Of a stretch of DNA of 64,000 bases, positions 21,178-29,836 are shown piece by piece; within the stretch, counting starts at the first letter, position 1, and every line of letters starts with the position of its first letter. This DNA comes from Hydrogenimonas sp. (lineage in GTDB: Bacteria > Campylobacterota > Campylobacteria > Campylobacterales > Hydrogenimonadaceae): positions 346-64,345 of the forward strand of contig JAUUDL010000115.1 of the NCBI GenBank assembly GCA_030826715.1. Reading direction: 5' to 3'. The notes beneath the pieces are model-generated. The model saw only the letters and a list, made by a program, of their open reading frames with translations. It had not been told where the DNA came from and did no database searches. The position numbers and the translations under genes were made by a program.

Positions 21178-22458
21178 ATGAAACAGACGACCATTACATG
21201 CCCCAACTGTGGAACAGAAATCGATATAAGCCAGAGTCTCTACGTCAAGCTCGAGCAGCAGGCCAAGGCGAAACTGCAAAAAGAGGTGGCCGAGCATAGG
21301 GCCAAGTACAAAGAGGCGATGGAGGCGATCAAAGCCAAGGAAGAGGCGATCAAAGAGCAGGAGGCGCGTTTTGTCAAAGAGCTCGAGAAGGCGACCGAAG
21401 AGAGGGTCGAAGCGAAGCTGAAAGCGGAACGCAAAGCCCTCGAAGCGTCACTTAAAGAGAAAATTACCGAAGAGCAGAAAGAGCGGATCGAGATGCTCAA
21501 CAAGGAGTTGGCCCAAAAGAGTGAACAGGTCAAGGAGCTCAACCGTGCCCAGGCACAGATCGAACAGCTCAAACGGGCGATGAGCGAAGCGGAGGAGAAA
21601 GCGAGGCTCGAAGCCGAAAAACGGCTGAATGAACAGCTGAATATCGAGCGGGAAAAGATCCAGAAGAGTCTGAGTGAACAGAGCGAACTGAAGCTCAGGG
21701 AGAAAGAGAAGCAGCTCGAACAGCTCAAACACCAGCTCGAGGAGGCCAAGCGCAAGGCCGAGCAGGGCAGCCAGCAGATGCAGGGAGAGGTGCAGGAGCT
21801 GGCGATCGAAGAGTGGCTCGCTTCCCATTTTCCGTTCGATACGATCGAAGAGATCAAAAAGGGGGCCAGAGGTGCCGACTGCCTGCAGATCGTCAATACG
21901 CGTGAGATGCAAAACTGCGGTACCATCTACTACGAAAGCAAGAGAACCAAAGATTTTCAGAAAAGCTGGATCGAAAAGTTCAAAGCCGATATCAGGGAAA
22001 AGGGTGCCGATATCGGTGTCCTGGTGACCGAAGTATTGCCGAAAGATCTCGAAAGAATGGGACTCGTCGAGGGTATCTGGGTCTGCACTTACGAAGAGTT
22101 CAAAGCACTTTCAGCCATTCTGCGAGAGCAGGTAGTGCGCCTGGCCCACGCGACGAGCGCAGAGGAGAACAGAAGCGACAAGATGGGGCTGCTCTACAAC
22201 TACCTCACATCCAACGAATTCAGGATGCAGATCGAAGCGATCGTCGAAGGATTCACCCAGATGCAAAACGATCTCGATGCCGAGAAGAGGGCGATGGCAC
22301 GTATATGGAAGCAAAGAGAGAAACAGATCACCAAAGTACTCGAAAACACGACGGCACTTTACGGCTCCATCCGCGGCATCGCCGGCAACGCCGTCGGCCA
22401 TGTGAAAGCGCTCGAGCTCCCTTATACCGAAGATGACGAAGCGGAGGATGAATCATGA
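21178..22458 (+). CDS. DUF2130-like protein (Zn-ribbon, long coiled coil, nuclease-like C-terminal domain)
   Basis: CPNC N-terminus, coiled coil, QGEVQEL...GADC...YESKRTK. Confidence 0.8.
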   Translation: MKQTTITCPNCGTEIDISQSLYVKLEQQAKAKLQKEVAEHRAKYKEAMEAIKAKEEAIKEQEARFVKELEKATEERVEAKLKAERKALEASLKEKITEEQKERIEMLNKELAQKSEQVKELNRAQAQIEQLKRAMSEAEEKARLEAEKRLNEQLNIEREKIQKSLSEQSELKLREKEKQLEQLKHQLEEAKRKAEQGSQQMQGEVQELAIEEWLASHFPFDTIEEIKKGARGADCLQIVNTREMQNCGTIYYESKRTKDFQKSWIEKFKADIREKGADIGVLVTEVLPKDLERMGLVEGIWVCTYEEFKALSAILREQVVRLAHATSAEENRSDKMGLLYNYLTSNEFRMQIEAIVEGFTQMQNDLDAEKRAMARIWKQREKQITKVLENTTALYGSIRGIAGNAVGHVKALELPYTEDDEAEDES

Positions 22459-22976
22459 CGATGAAAGAATCACTATGGCTGAAACTCTCCTACTGGATCG
22501 ACGAATTGAGCAAATGGGCCGGGGCACTCGGGGCACTGGCTTCGATCGCGCTGGCGCTTCTGATCGTCTACGACGCGTCGATGCGCTACATTTTCCATGA
22601 AGGGTCGGTGGCGCTGCAGGAGCTCGAGTGGCATCTTTTCGACATTCTCTTTCTGCTGGGTCTCTCCTATGCCCTCAAACACGACAAGCATGTGCGTGTC
22701 GACATCCTCTATACCCGTTTTTCTCCAAGGATGAAAGAGTATGTGAAGATCGTTTCGATGATCTTTTTCGTCATACCGCTTGGGGTGCTGATCGTCTGGT
22801 TCAGCTGGGATTTCGTGGCCCAGAGTTTCGCGCAGCATGAAATGAGCCCCGATCCCGGCGGGCTCTGCTGCCGCTATGTCATCAAATCGTTCATCATCGT
22901 GGCGTTCGTGCTACTCGTACTGCAGGCGGTGAGTGAAACGATCAAGAGTCTCTATCGTTCGGGAGCGATGAAATGA
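22455..22976 (+). CDS. TRAP transporter small permease (DctQ family)
   Basis: 4 TM helices, QELEWHLF, HVRVDILY. Confidence 0.9.
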   Translation: MTMKESLWLKLSYWIDELSKWAGALGALASIALALLIVYDASMRYIFHEGSVALQELEWHLFDILFLLGLSYALKHDKHVRVDILYTRFSPRMKEYVKIVSMIFFVIPLGVLIVWFSWDFVAQSFAQHEMSPDPGGLCCRYVIKSFIIVAFVLLVLQAVSETIKSLYRSGAMK

Positions 22977-24268
22977 TCGGCATGTTGATGTTTCTGGCGG
23001 CTCTGGTTTTCTTGTTGATGGGCATACCCGTCGCCTTCGCCTTTGGCGGTGTCGCGATACTTTTTGCAATTCTCTTCCCGTGGGATGTGGGTCTTCAGGT
23101 CTTCGAGCTCCTTCCTTTTAGAATCTACGGCATCATGCAGAATTTTACGCTGATGGCGGTGCCGCTTTTTATCTTCATGGGGCTGGTGCTCGAAAAGTCG
23201 AAGATGGCCGAAGAGCTTTTGGAATCGATGGGAAAGCTCTTTGGGCCTGTACGCGGCGGTCTGGCCATTTCTACGGTTCTGGTGGGTGCGATTCTGGCGG
23301 CGAGTACGGGCATCGTCGGGGCGAGTGTCGTGATGATGGGACTTATCACGCTGCCTATCATGCTCAAGCACCGCTACAGCCCGGAGCTTGCATGCGGCAC
23401 CATCGTCGCCAGCGGTACGCTCGGACAGATCATCCCACCTTCGGTCGTACTGATCGTACTGGGCGACGTAATGTACGTCAGCGTCGGCGATCTCTTCAAA
23501 GCGGCGGTGATGCCGGGCCTCGTGCTGACGTCGCTCTATATACTCTATATTCTCATACTTTCGTGGCTCAAACCCGAAGTCGGGCCCGCGATGGAGCGTG
23601 AAAATATTCCCTATGGAAAACTTTTTCGCAAAGCCTTCAAGGCGATCGTCCCACCTCTGCTTCTGATCGTAGCGGTACTCGGATCGATTTTTGCGGGAAT
23701 CGCCAGCCCGACCGAATCGGCGGCCGTAGGCGTGGTGGGTGCGATACTTTTGAGCGTGGCTAAAAAGACATTCAGATGGGAGACACTCCGGTATGCAGCA
23801 CTCGAGACGGTCAAACTGAGTGCGATGATCTTCATGATCCTCATAGGGGCCACCGCTTTCAGCCTCGTCTTCAACGCTTTCGACGGCGGTGATTTCGTTC
23901 ACACCTTCTTTACCGAAGAGTTAGGCGGCAAATGGACCTTCATTTTCGTGACGATGGCGGTCATCTTCGTGCTTGGTTTCTTCGTCGATTTCATTGAAAT
24001 CTCTTTCATCGTCGTTCCGATTCTCGTTCCCATCGCTGCGAGTTTCGGCATCGATCCCATATGGTTTGCGATACTCATCGCGATGAACCTGCAGGCGTCC
24101 TTCCTGACGCCGCCATTCGGTTTCGCGCTCTTTTATCTCAAAGGGGCGGCCGGTGAGAGAGTGACGACCGGGCAGATCTACAAAGGCGTCATACCTTTCA
24201 TTCTGCTGCAGTTGACCGCACTTGGCATTGTCATGCTCTGGCCTCAGATCATCTACTGGCTCAAATAG
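22973..24268 (+). CDS. TRAP transporter large permease (DctM family)
   Basis: AVPLFIFMG, SGTLGQIIPPS, LTPPFG. Confidence 0.93.
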   Translation: MIGMLMFLAALVFLLMGIPVAFAFGGVAILFAILFPWDVGLQVFELLPFRIYGIMQNFTLMAVPLFIFMGLVLEKSKMAEELLESMGKLFGPVRGGLAISTVLVGAILAASTGIVGASVVMMGLITLPIMLKHRYSPELACGTIVASGTLGQIIPPSVVLIVLGDVMYVSVGDLFKAAVMPGLVLTSLYILYILILSWLKPEVGPAMERENIPYGKLFRKAFKAIVPPLLLIVAVLGSIFAGIASPTESAAVGVVGAILLSVAKKTFRWETLRYAALETVKLSAMIFMILIGATAFSLVFNAFDGGDFVHTFFTEELGGKWTFIFVTMAVIFVLGFFVDFIEISFIVVPILVPIAASFGIDPIWFAILIAMNLQASFLTPPFGFALFYLKGAAGERVTTGQIYKGVIPFILLQLTALGIVMLWPQIIYWLK

Positions 24269-24275
24269 CCCGTTC

Positions 24276-24485
24276 TCATGGAGTGGTCTCTTTTTTTGTT
24301 TTCTCCAGATGTTTGAACTTTTCGATCTCCTTCGCCCCTTTCTGAGGGGTTTCGCAGGTTCGATAACATGAACGGCCTTTGCTGACATCGTTGATGACCC
24401 AGGCACTCGCGACGATCATGAAGAGTACGAAACCGCCAAGTATCGCTGTGACAAGTACGATATTCTTATATTGTCCCCCAATCAT
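24276..24485 (-). CDS. Small single-pass membrane protein with CxxxC
   Basis: Strong RBS AAGGAGG just upstream, hydrophobic helix, fills the intergenic space. Confidence 0.65.
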   Translation of the reverse strand: MIGGQYKNIVLVTAILGGFVLFMIVASAWVINDVSKGRSCYRTCETPQKGAKEIEKFKHLEKTKKETTP

Positions 24486-24579
24486 GATAACCTCCTTTCT
24501 TACATTATTAATAATTCTTATTTAATAATCCCTTTGGTATTGAATGTAGTGTATAATTTTCCATCAAGGAGAGAATGCG

Positions 24580-25080
24580 ATGGATTATATCTATGCCCCA
24601 TGGAGAACCGCCTATATCACAGGACGGGAGGAAGAGAAGATCGAAGGTTGTGTCTTCTGTCACATCAGCGAACATGCCGAACTCGACGAAAAACATCATG
24701 TCCTTTTCAGAGATGAGGACTGTTTTGTCGTGATGAACCGATACCCCTACACCCCCGGCCATTTCATGGTCATCCCCCATCGCCACACCGATGCGCTCGA
24801 AAGCCTGGATCCAAAAGTCTGGCTGCGAATGAGCGCGCTGGCACAACGGGGCGTGGCGATGCTCAAAGAGGGCTTCGGTGCCGAAGGTGTGAATTTGGGG
24901 ATGAATCTCGGCGCGGCTGCCGGAGCAGGTATCGCCGAGCATATCCACCTACATCTGGTCCCCAGGTTCTCACGCGACACCAATTTCATCACCACCATCG
25001 GACATGCCCGTGTCTACAGCACCGATTTTCAAAAAATCTATGAAAAACTCAAAGCAATGACTCCGAACTATATGACATGA
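24580..25080 (+). CDS. HIT family hydrolase
   Basis: CVFC, NRYPY, HIHLHLVPR histidine triad. Confidence 0.93.
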   Translation: MDYIYAPWRTAYITGREEEKIEGCVFCHISEHAELDEKHHVLFRDEDCFVVMNRYPYTPGHFMVIPHRHTDALESLDPKVWLRMSALAQRGVAMLKEGFGAEGVNLGMNLGAAAGAGIAEHIHLHLVPRFSRDTNFITTIGHARVYSTDFQKIYEKLKAMTPNYMT

Positions 25081-25147
25081 TTATAAATTGCACACTCCCT
25101 GCACATTGGATCGCTATAACTGATATAATGAAATAAAAGGAGATCCG

Positions 25148-26431
25148 ATGGCGAAAAAGGGATTTACGGTCACAGACCATCGAAGCGGCAAAAGTTACGA
25201 CTATCCTACCGTCGAAAGCAGCAGAGGTCCAAAAGGGGTCGATTTCCGATCCTTTTATAAAGATACGGGCTGTTTCAGTTACGATCCCGGATTCACCTCC
25301 ACGGCCAGCTGCAAATCCTCCATCACCTTCATCGACGGCGAAAAAGGGGAATTGCGTTACCGTGGTACTCCCATAGAAAAGCTCGCCACGGAACACTCCT
25401 ATCTCGAAACCTGTTTTCTCCTGCGGGTCGGGCGTCTTCCCAGCGAGGAAGAGCTGAATCATTACGATCTCGAACTTCGCCACAGAAGTTTTATCCACGA
25501 GGGTTTGCGCAATCTTTTCGACGCGTTCCCGCAAGAGGCCCACCCGATGTCTACTCTCTCTTCGGCAGTAGCGGCCCTGTCATCGTTCTATTACGAGCAT
25601 CTGGAAATGAATACCGAAGAGGAGTATCGGGAGATGGCACGCAGGATCGTCGCCAAGATGCCGACGCTTGCGGCGTTTGCGTACCGCTATTCCAAGGGAA
25701 TCCCCTTCATCTATCCCGATATCGAACGCAGTTTTACAGAAAATTTTCTCTATATGATGCGTGCCTATCCGGGTGGTAAAATGCATATCGATCCTGAGGG
25801 GGAGAGGCTCATCAAACCGATCGAAGTCAAAGCGCTCGATACCATATTCACCCTCCATGCCGATCATGAGCAGAATGCCTCGACGACGGTGGTCCGAAGC
25901 GTCGCATCGACGGGTGCGCATCCTTATGTCGCCATATCAGCGGGAATCTCGGCCCTGTGGGGCAGAGCGCACGGCGGTGCCAACGAGTCGGTCATCGAAC
26001 AGCTGAAAATGATCGGGAGTGTGGAGAATGTCGATGCTTTCATCGCGAAGGCGAAGGACCCCGACGATCCGTTCCGTTTGATGGGGTTCGGCCACCGGGT
26101 CTACAAAAATTTCGATCCGAGAGCCAAAATACTCAAATCGCTCCAAGACCAGCTCAAAGAGGAGCTCGATATGGACAACAACCTCATGCGTATCGCCGCA
26201 CGTATCGAAGAGATCGCGTTGAGCGACGACTACTTCGTCAGCCGAAAGCTCTATCCCAATATCGACTTCTACAGTGGTGTGATTCTGACGGCGTTGGGGA
26301 TTCCCAGAAGTATGTTCACGCCGATATTCGTCATCGGACGGACGATCGGGTGGGTGACACAGTGGATCGAGTTTAAAAAAGACGCCGAACAGAAGATCGT
26401 GCGGCCCCGCCAGATCTATGTGGGGCCGTGA
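25148..26431 (+). CDS. gltA: Citrate synthase
   Basis: YDPGF, HADHEQNAST, HGGANE, GFGHRVY, YPNIDFYSG. Confidence 0.97.
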   Translation: MAKKGFTVTDHRSGKSYDYPTVESSRGPKGVDFRSFYKDTGCFSYDPGFTSTASCKSSITFIDGEKGELRYRGTPIEKLATEHSYLETCFLLRVGRLPSEEELNHYDLELRHRSFIHEGLRNLFDAFPQEAHPMSTLSSAVAALSSFYYEHLEMNTEEEYREMARRIVAKMPTLAAFAYRYSKGIPFIYPDIERSFTENFLYMMRAYPGGKMHIDPEGERLIKPIEVKALDTIFTLHADHEQNASTTVVRSVASTGAHPYVAISAGISALWGRAHGGANESVIEQLKMIGSVENVDAFIAKAKDPDDPFRLMGFGHRVYKNFDPRAKILKSLQDQLKEELDMDNNLMRIAARIEEIALSDDYFVSRKLYPNIDFYSGVILTALGIPRSMFTPIFVIGRTIGWVTQWIEFKKDAEQKIVRPRQIYVGP

Positions 26432-26446
26432 GAGAGGCGTTTGAGA

Positions 26447-26728
26447 TTATCCCTTGCAGCAGCTGCTCGTATTTCCCGTGCAGCAGAGTCTCATATATTC
26501 GGCATCCAGGCTGCCCTGGCGAGCCGCTTTGCGAAACCACCTTTCGGCGGTTTCGATATCTTTCTCCACGCCGAAGCCTTCGAAATAGAGCATCCCCAGA
26601 TAGTACTGCGCTTCGGCATCCTTCTTGTGCTGGCTCAAGGCTTTGAACGCCTCTTCGTAGCGGTCGTTCTCATACAGATCGATCGCTTCTTGCAGGGTAT
26701 ATCTTTTCTCTTCCATATCGTTCTCCAT
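26447..26728 (-). CDS. Small Sel1-repeat protein with Cys-rich tail
   Basis: AQYYLGMLYFEGFGVEKD...WFRKAARQG Sel1 repeat; AGGAG RBS. Confidence 0.85.
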   Translation of the reverse strand: MENDMEEKRYTLQEAIDLYENDRYEEAFKALSQHKKDAEAQYYLGMLYFEGFGVEKDIETAERWFRKAARQGSLDAEYMRLCCTGNTSSCCKG

Positions 26729-26743
26729 AAGTGTTGTGTACTC

Positions 26744-27274
26744 CTAAAAACCGACGCTGTACGCACCCCATCCGTGCATCTTCTTGGCCGTAATGACATC
26801 GTAGTCGTCGAAGATATCGATGGTGTTCAGCGCCACGAAATAGTCTTTTTCAAGCTGCGCTTCGATCTTTTCTTTGGCCGGGGAGCCTTTCGGCACGATC
26901 ACGGCGATCACAGCGGCGTTTTTCATGATTCTGTACGATTTTTTGAAAAAGGTATCCAGATATCGTGTCAGCCGTTCGGGTTCGAGCGTCACAAAAATAT
27001 TTTCATACTTTTTGGCATGTTTATTATACCCTTTCGCCGAAAGATCCAGCGCTTCGACGGTAAAACCGGTGTGCGTATCCTTCAAGCTCTCTTCGGGAAG
27101 CCGGCTCTCGATCGTTTTGAGATCGTACTCAAAATCTTTCTCTTTCGTAAAATCGTACAGCGCCTCGTGCAAATCGTTTTCAAGATCGCTGATGTGCAGT
27201 ATCTGTTGCGAAGGGTAGTGGGTCGAGATGATCTGCATCAGCAGATCGGTCTGTTCTTTAGGAAGATGTTTCAT
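26744..27274 (-). CDS. Hypothetical protein (possible degenerate methyltransferase-like fold)
   Basis: Lies in operon order with suhB (overlapping) and has protein-like composition. Confidence 0.7.
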   Translation of the reverse strand: MKHLPKEQTDLLMQIISTHYPSQQILHISDLENDLHEALYDFTKEKDFEYDLKTIESRLPEESLKDTHTGFTVEALDLSAKGYNKHAKKYENIFVTLEPERLTRYLDTFFKKSYRIMKNAAVIAVIVPKGSPAKEKIEAQLEKDYFVALNTIDIFDDYDVITAKKMHGWGAYSVGF

Positions 27275-28058
27275 GTTCTATCCTTTCGTAATCGGCTATT
27301 TTTTCGAGCAGTGCGTCGTGATTCTTTCCGTTGGTGGCGACGATGATCGGGTCACCCAATCGATAGGGCTCCCCTCGATGGTTGGAGATACGCCCACCGG
27401 CTTCCGTGACGAGCAGAATGCCCGCAGCCACATCCCATGGTTTGAGATTGCATTCGTAGAACCCATCGAATATCCCGTTGGCGACATAGCACAGATCGAC
27501 CGACGCCGCGCCCAATCTTCTGATATCCTGCGTAAACGGCAACAGGCTTTTCATCGTCTCGATCACCCATCTGAAATCGCGTCCCATCTCGACTTTGGTG
27601 TAGGGGAAACCTGTCGAAAGCAGCGACTGCTGCAGCTCGACCGTTTCGGAGACCCGAATGGGGCATCCGTTGTGAAAAGCGCCGACACCCGCTTCCGCGG
27701 CGAAAAGTTCGTTCAAAATAGGATTGTAGACGATGCCGGCGGCGGGAACCCCGTCAACCCAGACACCGACCGAGATGGCGCAGACGGGAATCTTGTGGAT
27801 GAAATTGGTCGTGCCGTCGATCGGGTCGATGTAGATCGCCTTGCCGGCGCGCATCTGTTCATCCCCGCTCTCCTCACCGATCAGGGTGAACTCCGGCATC
27901 ACTTCCGCAAGATGTTTTTTAAGAAGCTCTTCGACGGCGACGTCATACTGTGTCACCAGATCGACAACTCCTTTATGGCGTACTTCCTTGGCGGCATGAA
28001 ATCCCTCTTCGAAGAGTTTCCCCGCCTCGATCACGACGGGCGTCAGTTTTTTCAACAA
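27258..28058 (-). CDS. suhB: Inositol monophosphatase family (SuhB)
   Basis: DLVT, GEE, IDPIDGTTNF, WDVAAG. Confidence 0.93.
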   Translation of the reverse strand: MLKKLTPVVIEAGKLFEEGFHAAKEVRHKGVVDLVTQYDVAVEELLKKHLAEVMPEFTLIGEESGDEQMRAGKAIYIDPIDGTTNFIHKIPVCAISVGVWVDGVPAAGIVYNPILNELFAAEAGVGAFHNGCPIRVSETVELQQSLLSTGFPYTKVEMGRDFRWVIETMKSLLPFTQDIRRLGAASVDLCYVANGIFDGFYECNLKPWDVAAGILLVTEAGGRISNHRGEPYRLGDPIIVATNGKNHDALLEKIADYERIEHETSS

Positions 28059-28126
28059 AATTTTTCCTTTTCGGTGCTAAAATGGCGTACCCACATCACT
28101 GATAAATTTTCAATTAAAGCAGATGA

Positions 28127-28672
28127 ATGATACCAAATACAGATATTTATCACAAAGCCCTGCGTCTTGCGGCGTGGGCCCATTACGGTCAGGTGACCAA
28201 ATTCGGCGATCCCTACATCACCCATCCTGTCGCGGCGGCAGCGGAAGTTACCGCCGCGGTCATGGCCGGTGAAGAGGCCGATATCGACCTGGCGTGCGTG
28301 GTGGCACTGCTTCACGATGTCGTGGAAAAGAGTGACGTCACCCTCAAGTCGATCCGAAAAGATTTCGGCAAAGCGGTCGCCGATGGTGTCGATGCGATGA
28401 GCAAAAACCCGCAACTACCAAAAGAGGAACAGCTGAGAGATTCACTGATGCGTATTCTCGAACAGCCCAAAGAGATCGCCATGGCCAAACTGGCCGACCG
28501 TATCAGCAGTATGCTCCCGCCGCCGGAAGGATGGCCCAAGGAAAAAATAGAAACCATCACCGGCAACGCCCTGATGGTACTGCAGATGCTCGGCGACGCA
28601 AGCCCCTTTTTGCAAAAAAGGCTCAAAAAGAAGATCAAATTCTATCAATCCGTTCTAAAGAGCCGAGAGTGA
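28127..28672 (+). CDS. Stand-alone HD-domain protein, small alarmone hydrolase/Mesh1-like
   Basis: AH.GQ, PYITHP, ALLHDVVE, KLADR motifs. Confidence 0.85.
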   Translation: MIPNTDIYHKALRLAAWAHYGQVTKFGDPYITHPVAAAAEVTAAVMAGEEADIDLACVVALLHDVVEKSDVTLKSIRKDFGKAVADGVDAMSKNPQLPKEEQLRDSLMRILEQPKEIAMAKLADRISSMLPPPEGWPKEKIETITGNALMVLQMLGDASPFLQKRLKKKIKFYQSVLKSRE

Positions 28673-29034
28673 GAAACCAGCCAAAATACCACCTTTTCCA
28701 CAATGCGCGCTATGCGATGGAAGGATTGTGGGAAGTCCTTTTGCACGAAACCTCTTTCAAGATCGAGGTGCTTTTGAGCATTGTCGTCTGGATCGGGCTC
28801 ATTTTCATGCCGATGCCGTTGATCGCCAAAGCGGTTCTGGGACTCTCGCTGCTTTTCGTGCTGATCGCCGAACTGGCCAATAGCGCTATCGAGCGGACGG
28901 TCGATCTGGTGACCAAAGAGCACCATGCTCTCGCCAAACATGCCAAAGACGCCGGCGCGGCGATGGTGCTTCTTAGCGTTCTTTTTGCCATCGTTGTCTG
29001 GATTGTGACACTCTACCTGCTCTATTTCTCCTGA
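28669..29034 (+). CDS. dgkA: Diacylglycerol kinase (DgkA family)
   Basis: HETSFKIE, ELANSAIERTVD, AKDAGAA; GTG start overlapping the HD-gene stop (GTGA). Confidence 0.9.
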   Translation: MRNQPKYHLFHNARYAMEGLWEVLLHETSFKIEVLLSIVVWIGLIFMPMPLIAKAVLGLSLLFVLIAELANSAIERTVDLVTKEHHALAKHAKDAGAAMVLLSVLFAIVVWIVTLYLLYFS

Positions 29035-29046
29035 TCGGGCAGAATC

Positions 29047-29085
29047 TTCAACTCTTCAATTTCAACTCTTCAATTTCAACTCTTC
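29047..29085. repeat. 14-bp direct tandem repeat (ttcaactcttcaat, about 2.8 copies)
   Basis: Exact copies at 29047, 29061 and a partial copy at 29075. Confidence 0.9.
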
Positions 29086-29799
29086 TTGCATCTTGTGCAT
29101 CTTTTTCTGGATCACTTCCGGTTTGGTGATCATCATATACCCTTTGTACGCCGTAAAGAGTCCAAATAGCATCACGATAACCGCCGCGATCTTGATGATG
29201 AGTTGGCGTGCCGACGAACCTTTGATAAGCGAAGAGAAGATGCCCACGCCAAGCATGGCGGGTATCGTGGCCACACCGAACACGCCCATCACGATGGCCC
29301 CTTTGAGCGCCGATCCGGCCACGATCGCGGCGGTGAGAAAGAAATAGACCAGTCCGCAGGGGATGAACCCGTTGAGCATCCCCATGAAGTAGAAACTGGG
29401 CAGTGTTTTGGCGTGGACCACCGTGCGGAAAAGTTTGCCGAACCACGAGCCCTGCGCGATGGAAGATTCGATCGAGTTGAGAAACTTCAGCTTTCCCATC
29501 AGCGAAAGGCCGATCAACAGCATCAGCAATCCAACGACAATAAAGAGCATCCCTTTGGCCGGCATGCTGAACCCGATCTTCTCTCCCAAAAACCCGAAAA
29601 TCGCACCCAGGATCATGTAACTCGTCACGCGGCCGAGCGAATAGAGCAGATGGGCGATCATCTGATGGGTCTTCGACCAATTGGCATCGACCTTTGCTGC
29701 CGTATAGGCCAGAACGAACCCCCCGCACATTCCGATGCAATGGCCAAAAGAGCCCAGCAGTGCCACCAGAAAGATCGTACTCAACTCCACACTACCCAT
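29062..29799 (-). CDS. DsbD_2/UreH-like (TauE/SafE superfamily) membrane protein
   Basis: GHCIGMCGG and GFIPCGLVY motifs, multi-pass membrane protein. Confidence 0.85.
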   Translation of the reverse strand: MGSVELSTIFLVALLGSFGHCIGMCGGFVLAYTAAKVDANWSKTHQMIAHLLYSLGRVTSYMILGAIFGFLGEKIGFSMPAKGMLFIVVGLLMLLIGLSLMGKLKFLNSIESSIAQGSWFGKLFRTVVHAKTLPSFYFMGMLNGFIPCGLVYFFLTAAIVAGSALKGAIVMGVFGVATIPAMLGVGIFSSLIKGSSARQLIIKIAAVIVMLFGLFTAYKGYMMITKPEVIQKKMHKMQEELKLKS

Positions 29800-29836
29800 T
29801 CGAAACCTCCAATGAAAAGTCTATTGAAATATCTAT

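Noticed and set aside
29048-29740. Second minus-strand ORF ending in the same ELKLKS as the membrane protein, suggesting a programmed frameshift
   Set aside because: The shared ending is explained by the 14-bp tandem duplication; the rest of the frame is not protein-like
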